This document shows positions 39,001 to 46,876 of a DNA stretch of 50,228 nt, piece by piece. The position numbers and the translations under genes are program-made. Within the stretch, counting starts at the first letter, position 1; each line of letters begins with the position of its first letter. Under the pieces are notes generated by a model, which was given only the letters and a program-made list of their open reading frames with translations, was not told where the DNA came from and made no database searches. Origin of the DNA: Ruania sp. (GTDB lineage Bacteria > Actinomycetota > Actinomycetes > Actinomycetales > Beutenbergiaceae); contig DATGRZ010000069.1 of NCBI GenBank assembly GCA_035303065.1, forward strand, positions 1 through 50,228, written 5' to 3'.

Positions 39001-40010
39001 CACCCGGCCAGTACCAACCCGACCAATACCAACCTGACCAGTATCAGCCCGGCGGGTATCAGCCCGACCGCTACGACGCCGGCCCGGAGCCGGCACCGGC
39101 GGCTCCGGAGCGACCGGTACCACCCGCCCAGGGCTGGGATCTGCCCACGGAGTCCTCACCGGGCGATGCGGACCCGGGCGAGGCACCGAAGCGCACTCTC
39201 AGCGGCGACCTGTCCACTGCCGTCGACAAGCTGACGGCAGGCGCGGGTGGGGTGGCAGCCCGCGCACAGGGTCTGCTCGACCGGTTCCGCCCGAGCGACG
39301 ACGAGGCCGAGGAGGCGACGATGCTCCCTGGTTCCGGTGACGACCACGGTCCAGGCCGCCGGGAACGGTTCAACCCGACACCGTGGGTGATCTTCGGGAT
39401 GGTGATCATCCTCGTCCTCGCGCTGATCCTGGCGATCGGGTCGCTGCGCGACGCCCGGACCTCGTTCGACCCCGGGGAGGTGACCACACCACCGGTCGCC
39501 GAGACCACCGAGGAACCGTCACCGGAGGAGACCAGCGAGTCGCCCTCGCCGGAGCCCACCGAGACAGAGAGCCCGGAGCCGGCCGACATCGACTTCGACG
39601 AGGCGATGTCCCTCGACCCGTCCACCGGTAGCGGCGACAACAGCGACCTGGCCGACCAAGCCATCGACGGTGACCCGGACACGATCTGGCGCTCCCTGCG
39701 GTACGACAACCCCAGCTACGGGATGAAGCCCGGGCTGGGTTTCGCCGTCGTGCTGGACGAACCGACCACAGTGACCACGGTGACGCTGGACGTCCAGGGT
39801 GAGGGCGGAACGGTGCAGATCCGGAACACCACGCCGGAGGACCCGAGCGGCGGCGAGGTGCTCGCCGAGGGGTCGATGGGGCCGGACACCACCTACACCC
39901 TGTCCGAGCCCACCGAGCTCGAAGCGATCGTGCTCTGGTTCCCCGAGCTGCCGGAGGCAGCCTCCGACGGCCGGAACCGGATCGAGCTCGCCGAGATCAC
40001 CGCAAACTGA
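36063..40010 (+). CDS. murJ: lipid II flippase MurJ fused to a pseudokinase, a Pro-rich linker, a TM helix and an extracellular beta domain (MviN-like)
   Basis: GTLVSRALG..R, ANKLPN.IY.L.AGG.LNAVLVPQ, IPQLFFYG; then DRYVL...W.G.DEILQR.V kinase-like fold without HRD/DFG; late TM; AIDGDPDT.W domain. Confidence 0.9.
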   Translation: MAARTGLAGSAALMFSGTLVSRALGLARNALMIAAIGVTGSGAADSFSVANKLPNIIYMLLAGGILNAVLVPQIVRAMRHRDGGVEYVNRLLTVAGAIMLGVTVVLTAAAPLLISIYAAEFRTGPWATLAVTFAMWCIPQLFFYGMYTLLGQVLNARSNFGPYMWAPALNNVISIAGLAAYLMVYGSYRAGAVPADAWDAGRIALLAGPYTFGVVMQALILVVPLYRSGFRYRPRWGLRGSGLGSAGRVAMWAFAALAAGQVGYLGVSNLAAAAGTEAATAGAPDPSIAGNAAYDNAFFIFMLPQSLITVSLVTALFTRLSEHAVAQQTFRVRDDLSRGLRTLAVFTVFAAGALAVLAIPLTQVVQFDQATFASYRAIGHVLVAMLLGLPAIAVWTMTQRVYFAFEDTKFLFYIQVPMALVQIGGSLASFLLLEVHWWVVGAGLATAASNTLGALVAYLALRRKLPSLDGARVLRTHLRVLLAVIPSMAAGWGLLHLWGVHTSFLGALVRVLLLGALMALIYYVLLRRMRVTELDQLTERVGAMLAPVTRRLSPLTRRLTIPQLPRTIWATIVAADTGNGGPRVDRAADLALQSGDMVADRYVLDAPVPTDLPDASAWTGQDEILQRPVRVTVLAGSHREEALDAARRAALVRDDRLAHIRRVGNHENIAYVVTEPLDSLSLADLVADGPVPHAQARALVGNAATALETARKRGVHHLALGPGSLHLTRDGEVVVTGLAVAAAQSGIEVPDASTAARADAVGLVQLLYTALTGTWPGERELAAGVGLAPRSGSTAQPPAEVAEGVPHDLDTLCSVTFGPHRDGPYTPGELVRELQPWDQVEAPPALVEDAADDGGAHRDVTGAGAVAGSVAGTAVLPTPGRGLRTGGTSAAPPAAPTGGAAPGMPAEPPAGGPPSDQTGETSAVTAGAGSAPGTVTQEATAAPASTEDDLAGAGTYSGPPAPAAYPSPHQANPHQAGHYAPGQYQPDQYQPDQYQPGGYQPDRYDAGPEPAPAAPERPVPPAQGWDLPTESSPGDADPGEAPKRTLSGDLSTAVDKLTAGAGGVAARAQGLLDRFRPSDDEAEEATMLPGSGDDHGPGRRERFNPTPWVIFGMVIILVLALILAIGSLRDARTSFDPGEVTTPPVAETTEEPSPEETSESPSPEPTETESPEPADIDFDEAMSLDPSTGSGDNSDLADQAIDGDPDTIWRSLRYDNPSYGMKPGLGFAVVLDEPTTVTTVTLDVQGEGGTVQIRNTTPEDPSGGEVLAEGSMGPDTTYTLSEPTELEAIVLWFPELPEAASDGRNRIELAEITAN

Positions 40011-40081
40011 CAACTGAAACCCTCCTACCACCACGAACCGGGCAGCTGCGGACGTCCGGCATCTGGCCGCCGCTCGGGTCC

Positions 40082-40108
40082 GGAACAAAGCAGCCCCCGC
40101 CGGTGGTT
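40082..40108 (+). promoter_or_regulatory. SigH/SigR-type promoter of trxBA
   Basis: GGAAC-N19-GTT upstream of trxB; trxBA is a known SigR/SigH target in actinobacteria. Confidence 0.55.
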
Positions 40109-40146
40109 GACTGGGTGGTAAGCCAATCTCAGCAGAAGGACCCTCC

Positions 40147-41121
40147 ATGCCTCTGGCCCCCGATCCCCGCGACGTCATCGTCATTGGTTCTGGCCCTGCC
40201 GGCTACACCGCTGCCGTGTACGCCGCCCGCGCCGGACTGCAACCGGTCGTCTTCGCCGGCGCGATCACGGCCGGCGGTGCGCTGATGAACACCACCGACG
40301 TGGAGAACTATCCGGGCTTCCCCGACGGTGTGCTCGGCCCGGAACTGATGGAGAAGATGCAGGCACAGGCCGAGCGCTTCGGCGCGGAGGTGCGCTACGA
40401 GGACGTCACCTCCGTCCAGCTCGAGGGACCGGTGAAGACAGTGGTGAACGACGACGGTGAACAGTTCACCGCACGCACGGTGATCCTGGCGACCGGCTCG
40501 GCGTACAAGGAGATCGGCATCGAGGGGGAGAAGGAGTACTCCGGCCGCGGAGTGAGCTGGTGTGCCACCTGCGACGGGTTCTTCTTCCGCGACCAGGACA
40601 TCATCGTGGTCGGCGGTGGGGATTCCGCGATGGAGGAGGCACTGTTCCTCACCCGCTTCGGCCGGACCGTGACCGTGGTGCACCGCCGGGACGAGCTGCG
40701 CGCCTCGAAGATCATGGCTGACCGCGCGCTGGCGGACGAGAAGATCACCTTCGCGTGGAACTCCGAGGTGGTCGCCATCCACGGCGACGGCAAGGTCACC
40801 GGCGTCACCCTGCGGGACACGATCACCGGCCAGGAGCGCGAGGTCGGCGCCACCGGTGTGTTCGTGGCGATCGGGCACCTGCCCCGCACCGAGCTGATCG
40901 AGGGACAGGTGACCCTGAACGCCGAGGGCTACATCGACGTGGAGCACCCGAGCACCCGCACCAACCTGGAGGGAGTCTTCGCCGCCGGAGACGTGGTGGA
41001 CCACCACTACCGGCAGGCGATCACCGCCGCCGGAACCGGCTGTGCGGCCGCGCTGGACGCCGAACGCTACCTGGCCGCCAAGGACGCGGAGGCTGCCGCT
41101 GACCGCGCCCTGGTCGGCTGA
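40147..41121 (+). CDS. trxB: thioredoxin-disulfide reductase
   Basis: [42 protein letters not shown]. Confidence 0.98.
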   Translation: MPLAPDPRDVIVIGSGPAGYTAAVYAARAGLQPVVFAGAITAGGALMNTTDVENYPGFPDGVLGPELMEKMQAQAERFGAEVRYEDVTSVQLEGPVKTVVNDDGEQFTARTVILATGSAYKEIGIEGEKEYSGRGVSWCATCDGFFFRDQDIIVVGGGDSAMEEALFLTRFGRTVTVVHRRDELRASKIMADRALADEKITFAWNSEVVAIHGDGKVTGVTLRDTITGQEREVGATGVFVAIGHLPRTELIEGQVTLNAEGYIDVEHPSTRTNLEGVFAAGDVVDHHYRQAITAAGTGCAAALDAERYLAAKDAEAAADRALVG

Positions 41122-41152
41122 CCCCCACCCCTACAGAGACGGAGAGCCAGAC

Positions 41153-41479
41153 ATGTCCACCACCGCCCCCACCAGCGACGCCACCTTCCGCACCGATGTG
41201 CTCGAGGCCGACAAGCCGGTGCTCGTAGACTTCTGGGCCGACTGGTGCGGCCCGTGCCGCCAGGTCGCCCCGATCCTGGAGGAGATCGCGGCCGAGCAGA
41301 GTGACAAGCTCTATGTCCGCAAGCTCGACGTAGATGCCAACCCGCAGACTGCCGCCGCCTACAACGTGGTCTCCATCCCGACGATGAACGTCTACTCCGG
41401 CGGTGAGGTGGTCAAGACCATCATCGGTGCGAAGCCGAAGAAGGCGATCCTCGCCGACCTCGCCGAGTTCCTCGGCTGA
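41153..41479 (+). CDS. trxA: thioredoxin
   Basis: VLVDFWADWCGPC, SIPT; GGAG RBS. Confidence 0.98.
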   Translation: MSTTAPTSDATFRTDVLEADKPVLVDFWADWCGPCRQVAPILEEIAAEQSDKLYVRKLDVDANPQTAAAYNVVSIPTMNVYSGGEVVKTIIGAKPKKAILADLAEFLG

Positions 41480-41578
41480 GCCACCGGACCGCCTGCCCCT
41501 CTCCGGTGGGTGGGATCTCGGTCGCTCTCGATGCGAGAAACGGCCGGGTTCTCACCCGCCACAGTGGGCCGGTGGCGG

Positions 41579-43294
41579 TCAGTGCACGGTTACCGGGACG
41601 GTGACGATCGGCTCGGCGAACGTGGAGACCCTCGCGACGACCTCGACCTGCCACTCACCTGCGACGGGCAGGGACAACTGCGCCGTGTACTCCCCGGTGC
41701 TCGGGTCGTGCTCCGGACTGATCTCGAACGGTCCTAGCTCGCGCTCGGGAAGGCTCACCTCGATCGCCACTTCCTCCGCGGTGACCGGCTGGTCCTCGTA
41801 ACTGAGGGTGAAGGCGATGTCGTTGTCGCCGACCAGCGCGGGTTCGAGCGTGCCCTCGATCGCGAGCCCCTGGGCAGCTGCGCTGATGGCGACCGTCTCG
41901 GCAGTCGCAGTGCCGTCCACGGGAGCCTCGTGGTGTTCGTGCCCGGGGCTCAGGTTGGTGAGGAACCCGGTGATCAGGAGCACCACTGTCAGCAGCGCCG
42001 CCTCGGACCGGAGCGTTCGGGTGAGGCAGCGCCACTGTTGCTGGCCGGCTGGACGGGCAGCGATGGCGGGAAGCAACCGGAACCGGTTGTAGCCGGCGAC
42101 CGCCAGGACCGGCACCAGGATCGCCAGCTTGGCCAGCAGGGTCCACCCGTAGCCGGTGCTGAACAGGGTGTCGAAGCTTCCGACGATCCGGATGGCCATC
42201 ACAGTGCCGCTGGTCGCAAGAAGCACCACGGTCCAGACCGCCAGTCGGGAGAACCGCTCGACGACGTGTGCTGCACGGACCGCACCGGCACCATCCTCCC
42301 CTCTGGTGACCACACGTGCTGCGGCGAGGAACAGGAGCAGGCCGACCAGGCCGCCGGCCCAAAAGCTGCCGGCAAGGAGGTGCCCGAGGTCCAAGGCGAT
42401 CATCAGGGCACGGGGCCCGATCACCTGGCTGTGACCGACCAGGACGGGGGCGCCGAGCGCGAGGAGGGCGGGCACGAGCGCGAGGGTGTGCAGATGTCGT
42501 CGCTCGGGCATGCGGGTGGCCAGGAGGTATGCACCGGTCACGCCCGCGAGCACGACGGCGGCGGCGGTCACCGGGCCCCAGAGCAGACCGACACGCCACG
42601 CTGCCGGCGTGAAGATCGCCGTGAGCGGGTCGCCGGTGACGTTCAGCGCCGAGGCCGGGACCAGCAGGATCGATGTGGCCACCGCTCCGGCGCCGGTCCA
42701 GCGCAGCACGAGCGCTGACCGGGCATCAACAGTGCCGTAGGTGCGCAGGACTGCGCGGTCGAAAAGGTTCAACCCGGCGAAGACGAGCAGCGAGAGGTAC
42801 TGCAGCGCGGTCAGGATGCGGACAGCGAGCTGGGTGTCCTGCGGGATGTGCGGATCGACGACCTGCACCGGAGCGGTGTCACCGGCATGACCCACGGTGA
42901 ACGAGATGGCACCGGAGATCGGGTGACCGTCAGCGGAGACCACACGATAGCTCAAGGCATACCGTCCGTCGTGGGCATCGGCGGGGAAGGTCGCCACCAC
43001 ACGAGCGTCACTGACGCTGGCGTCGAGGACGATGGGTTCCCCGTCGCCCGGGAACAGACGGATGCTGCCGTCGAGAAGCTGTACAGGTTCGTTGAACGTC
43101 AGCACCACTTCAGCGGGTGCATCCTCGAGCACGGCCCCATCCTCGGGCGTAGTGCTCAACAGCTCCGCGTGCGCGGACGCCGTCTGGGCAGCCAACAGCG
43201 TGACCAGGCCACCGAGCAGGACCGCTGCGAGGATGTGCAGGGTTGGCCGAGCACCTCGCCGTGGATGTCTACCCTCGGCGCTCACCGTCCTCAC
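41579..43294 (-). CDS. copCD: CopC-CopD fusion copper uptake/resistance protein with C-terminal Ig-like domain
   Basis: ASA|HAELLSTTP.DG and VVSADGHPISG (CopC); GHS...HLLA.SFW.GGL, RFS, YG..L.AK, YNR (CopD). Confidence 0.9.
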   Translation of the reverse strand: MRTVSAEGRHPRRGARPTLHILAAVLLGGLVTLLAAQTASAHAELLSTTPEDGAVLEDAPAEVVLTFNEPVQLLDGSIRLFPGDGEPIVLDASVSDARVVATFPADAHDGRYALSYRVVSADGHPISGAISFTVGHAGDTAPVQVVDPHIPQDTQLAVRILTALQYLSLLVFAGLNLFDRAVLRTYGTVDARSALVLRWTGAGAVATSILLVPASALNVTGDPLTAIFTPAAWRVGLLWGPVTAAAVVLAGVTGAYLLATRMPERRHLHTLALVPALLALGAPVLVGHSQVIGPRALMIALDLGHLLAGSFWAGGLVGLLLFLAAARVVTRGEDGAGAVRAAHVVERFSRLAVWTVVLLATSGTVMAIRIVGSFDTLFSTGYGWTLLAKLAILVPVLAVAGYNRFRLLPAIAARPAGQQQWRCLTRTLRSEAALLTVVLLITGFLTNLSPGHEHHEAPVDGTATAETVAISAAAQGLAIEGTLEPALVGDNDIAFTLSYEDQPVTAEEVAIEVSLPERELGPFEISPEHDPSTGEYTAQLSLPVAGEWQVEVVARVSTFAEPIVTVPVTVH

Positions 43295-44037
43295 GCCTTC
43301 TTGCGCCCCCTCAGCAGAGCGACCGCGCCGAGTACCACACCGGCGCAGCCGATCACCAGAGAGGTGATCACCAGGGGCGTCTGGTCGTCGGAGGCAGACT
43401 CCTCGACTCCGCCACCGACGTGGGTCGCCTCAGTCTCTGCGCTCATAGCAGTGGTGTCACCCTCGGCCTGCGAATCGTCAGATCCGGCAGCGACGACCTC
43501 GACACTGGGCGCCGGAGAGTCCAGCTCGTCGGCATCGTGGCCGTCCTCGGGGATCTGTACCCAGGCGGTCTCACCCTGCTCGCAGGTCTGCACGGTCGGG
43601 AAGTAGAGGGTCGAACCCGCAGCGTCCTCCGGTATCTGCAGCGACAGCTCGAACGTGTCTCGGAGCCCGTCCGGCAGCGGAGCGTCCGCGGTGTACACAA
43701 CCTGTGCGACGCGTTCTGTGACCTCGTTGCCATGACTGTCGGTGATCGGCGTTTCGAGGTCCTCCATCACCTTCTCGACGGAGTACATGGCGTTGCGGGT
43801 CGGCGTGATCGCATTGATTCCCTCGGGGATCTGGATCGCCATCTCGGTGGTGGCGCTGCCCTCGCACCCGTGCGGAACGCTGACCGTCAGGATCTCGTAC
43901 GCTCCGGCCTCGACAGTGCCTTCCGCGATGCTCACGTGCGCACCGGCAGCAACAGCACCGCTCAGCACCAGTCCAGAAGCGACCGCGAGCGCTCCGGCTC
44001 CGATCAGCACGGTCCTCTTCGTGGTTCGATTTCTCAT
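43291..44037 (-). CDS. ycnI: YcnI/DUF1775 copper-binding membrane protein
   Basis: AGA|HVS N-terminal His, VPHGC, FPTVQTCEQG...W...P, PAP, C-terminal TM plus basic tail. Confidence 0.9.
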   Translation of the reverse strand: MRNRTTKRTVLIGAGALAVASGLVLSGAVAAGAHVSIAEGTVEAGAYEILTVSVPHGCEGSATTEMAIQIPEGINAITPTRNAMYSVEKVMEDLETPITDSHGNEVTERVAQVVYTADAPLPDGLRDTFELSLQIPEDAAGSTLYFPTVQTCEQGETAWVQIPEDGHDADELDSPAPSVEVVAAGSDDSQAEGDTTAMSAETEATHVGGGVEESASDDQTPLVITSLVIGCAGVVLGAVALLRGRKKA

Positions 44038-44071
44038 CGTGTCTCGCCTTCTCACTGGTCACCCACCTGGT

Positions 44072-44108
44072 GGGTCGGCGGCGCTGGCACGACCAGCGCC
44101 GCCGACCC
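44072..44108. promoter_or_regulatory. perfect 16-bp hairpin in the ycnI leader
   Basis: GGGTCGGCGGCGCTGG-cacga-CCAGCGCCGCCGACCC. Confidence 0.6.
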
Positions 44109-44182
44109 GTCGGTCAGTCATCTATGGGTCGGTCGCCTCGTGTCCCTCGTGGGCACGTGCCGCCCGCAGATGTGCTGTTCTG

Positions 44183-44223
44183 TGGCGGCCACTCCTCAGC
44201 GACTACCTGGGGAGTGGCCGCCA
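44183..44223 (-). terminator. hairpin just downstream of the secreted His-rich protein gene
   Basis: 13-bp stem TGGCGGCCACTCC/GGAGTGGCCGCCA about 9 nt after the stop; no U tract. Confidence 0.5.
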
Positions 44224-44231
44224 ACCGGCTC

Positions 44232-46589
44232 TCACTGCATGGTGTAGTTGCAGACGAACCGGTAGGAGATGGCCGTGGAGCTGTCCGTCGCATCGGCGAA
44301 CGTCACCGTCACGGTGTTCTCACCCTCACTGGGTGTGAAGGTCACCGAGCAGGTAGTGGACTCTCCGGCAGCCAGCGTCTCCGCACCGCAGGTCATCTCA
44401 CCCACATCGGACTGAGCAGCCAACGTGACCGTGCTCCCGGTGGTGTTGGTGACCGGGATGGTCATCGTGATCTGTTCGCCTGCGCCCTCCGGGGTATCGG
44501 CAGCCGCGATGACCTCCACGGTCGGCTGGCTCACCGTGAAGTCCGGTGAGCTCGATCCGTCCTCGTTGCCCTCGTTGCCACCGTTGTTGCCGGTGTCATC
44601 AGTGCCGTCACTTTCGTCGGTGCCGTCTGTGCCTTCGGTGCCTTCATAGGTGAGCACGAACTCGAAGGAGCTGGACATCGCGCCGTTCGCCTCATCGACG
44701 AACGTCACCGTCACCGTGTTCTCACCCTCGCTCGGGGTGAACGTGACCGAGCAGGTGGTGGACTCCCCGGCAGCCAGTGTCTCCGCATCACACGTCATCT
44801 CACCCACATCGGACTGAGCACCGAGCGTGACCGTCGAGCTTCCGTTGTTCGTCACCGGGATCGTCATCACGAGCTGTTCACCGACGTCGTCCGGAGTGTC
44901 GGCAGCCGGGATGACGTCCACCACGGCCTGGTCGACCGTGAAGACGGGCGTACCCGCTCCACCGTCGGAGCCGTCGCTCGAGTCTCCACCGAGAACCGGC
45001 AGAGAGTCGAGCAGATCACCTGTGGGCAGCTCACCCAGCAGATCACCGGTCGGCAGACCCTCGAGGAGGTCACCGGTCGGCAGACCTTCAACGAGGTCAC
45101 CCGCGGGCAGCTCACCCAGGAGGTCACGGGTCGGCAGACCACCAATCAGGTCACCGGTCGGCAGCTCACCCAGCAGGTCATCCGTGGGCAGACCGCCGTT
45201 CCCGTCGGTCCCGTCAGAACCGTCAGAACCATCAGAACCGTCGGAGCCGGTGTAGGTAAGGACGAACTGGAATGAGGTGGCGGTCGAGTCGTCCGCCTCA
45301 TCGACGAACGTCACCGTCACCGTGTTCTCACCCTCAGTCGGCGTGAACGTCACCGAGCAGGTCGTTGACCCCCCAGCAGTCAGCGTCTCCGCATCACACG
45401 TCATCTCACCCACATCGGACTGAGCACCGAGCGTGACCGTGTCATCTCCGGTGTTGGTCACCGGGACGGTGATCGTCAGCTGCTCGCCAACTCCGTCCGG
45501 AGTGTCGGCAGCCGCGATGACCTCCGTCATGGCCTCCTCTACCGAGAAGATGACGTCGCCGGGGTTGCCGTCGGAACCATCGGTGCCTTCGGAACCGTCG
45601 TCACTGTCTCCAGGGTCACTCCCGAGGATTGGCAGGTTACCCAGCAGATCACCGGTTGGTAGGTCGCCGAACAGGCCACCATCAGTGCCATCCGGAGCCT
45701 CGCCGCCAAGAGCCGGAGCCAGAGACTCCAGAGTGTGGATGTTCTCCGTGACCTGAAGCACGTCCAGGATCTCCGTGGGGTTGCCGCTGGACACGCTTTC
45801 CAGCGCCGTCTCCCAGAGCAGTCGCCAGGTGTCGATGTGGTCCCCGGCAAACGTCACGTAGTCATTCAGGTTCATCAACGTCTCTGGTGACATCCGATCA
45901 AGAATGTCGGAGGCGTCGGTCGTTTCCCAGATGTACGTGGGGTCGGTAAGCATCTCTGGCGTGGGCAGCCCGGGAATGATCAGCTCAGAGAGGTCTGCGA
46001 GCTCCTCCACTGACGGAACATTCAGGGTTGTCAGATCATTGGTGTCCAACGGGATACCAATTCCGCCACATGATGTGAGCAGAGTCACGTAGTCGGTTCC
46101 GTGTCCCTTGACGTGCGCAGGGTTGAACACCGGAATCCACCCGAGAGGTCCGCCGTAGATGTCAATGATCGGCATATCCGAGTTGCCGATGGCACCGCTG
46201 GCAAGTGAGAGCACCAGGTTCTCGTAGGTGTCATCGGTGTGGAACTCGTTGAAGTGCGAGAAGGTGCCGATCAGCGGGATTCCATCTTCATTGGCCCACA
46301 TGTGATCCAAGAAGAACGTGCAGGCGTCGCCACCTTCATGTCCTCCGTGTCCTCCATGACCACCTCCATGGCCTTCGCCGGAATCGCCGCCGTCATCCCC
46401 TCCGTGACCGCCATGCTGCGATCCAGAGTGTGTGGCTTCCGCATCTGCCCCAGTAGCACTGACGAGCTCAGCATCGGCTGGTTCGTCTGGTGCGGCCATA
46501 GCTGAGGACATCAGGCCGACGCTGGCAGTAGCAGCAACGGCAAGGGATGCCATCGTGCGACTAGTACGCCGCGCGAATGTGGAAGACAT
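44232..46589 (-). CDS. secreted His-rich protein with three disulfide Ig-like domains and LPTGDLL repeats; no anchor
   Basis: Signal peptide (AMA|A); His/Gly tract; three copies of an approx. 100-aa domain (45252-45554, 44646-44948, 44235-44546); purine-rich RBS before ATG 46589. Confidence 0.8.
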   Translation of the reverse strand: MSSTFARRTSRTMASLAVAATASVGLMSSAMAAPDEPADAELVSATGADAEATHSGSQHGGHGGDDGGDSGEGHGGGHGGHGGHEGGDACTFFLDHMWANEDGIPLIGTFSHFNEFHTDDTYENLVLSLASGAIGNSDMPIIDIYGGPLGWIPVFNPAHVKGHGTDYVTLLTSCGGIGIPLDTNDLTTLNVPSVEELADLSELIIPGLPTPEMLTDPTYIWETTDASDILDRMSPETLMNLNDYVTFAGDHIDTWRLLWETALESVSSGNPTEILDVLQVTENIHTLESLAPALGGEAPDGTDGGLFGDLPTGDLLGNLPILGSDPGDSDDGSEGTDGSDGNPGDVIFSVEEAMTEVIAAADTPDGVGEQLTITVPVTNTGDDTVTLGAQSDVGEMTCDAETLTAGGSTTCSVTFTPTEGENTVTVTFVDEADDSTATSFQFVLTYTGSDGSDGSDGSDGTDGNGGLPTDDLLGELPTGDLIGGLPTRDLLGELPAGDLVEGLPTGDLLEGLPTGDLLGELPTGDLLDSLPVLGGDSSDGSDGGAGTPVFTVDQAVVDVIPAADTPDDVGEQLVMTIPVTNNGSSTVTLGAQSDVGEMTCDAETLAAGESTTCSVTFTPSEGENTVTVTFVDEANGAMSSSFEFVLTYEGTEGTDGTDESDGTDDTGNNGGNEGNEDGSSSPDFTVSQPTVEVIAAADTPEGAGEQITMTIPVTNTTGSTVTLAAQSDVGEMTCGAETLAAGESTTCSVTFTPSEGENTVTVTFADATDSSTAISYRFVCNYTMQ
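44994..45197 (-). repeat. 27-bp (9-aa) tandem repeat, (G/E)LPTGDLL(G/E), about 7 copies
   Basis: Directly visible in the DNA and in the translation. Confidence 0.9.
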
Positions 46590-46831
46590 GCTTTTCTCAC
46601 CCTTTCCTTGTTCTGGAACGTCTGTTCGTCGTCTCCATGTCGCGTGTGACATGCCTTTCTCCATTCTCATCATCGTGATTCTCAGATATTGATCAACCAA
46701 TGGATCGCATCGGTCTCGGAACCAGGTACCCCTTGATGGTGATAAGAGATACCGCATGACTTTCAGTTTCTGATGGTGGACATCACCTCAAATTCGGTGC
46801 CTGTACCATCGGAATCGGCACGCTTGGCCAG

Positions 46832-46860
46832 CCCGCCGATCTCAGACTGAGAGAGGTGGG
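46832..46860 (-). terminator. putative hairpin after the LPXTG gene
   Basis: CCCACC-TC-TCTCAG-T-CTGAGA-TC-GGCGGG on the minus strand. Confidence 0.35.
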
Positions 46861-46876
46861 CTTGAAGGCCTGCGGA

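Noticed and set aside
46725-46745. CsoR-type operator (TACCCC...)
   Set aside because: Only a half-site; no matching GGGTA arm.
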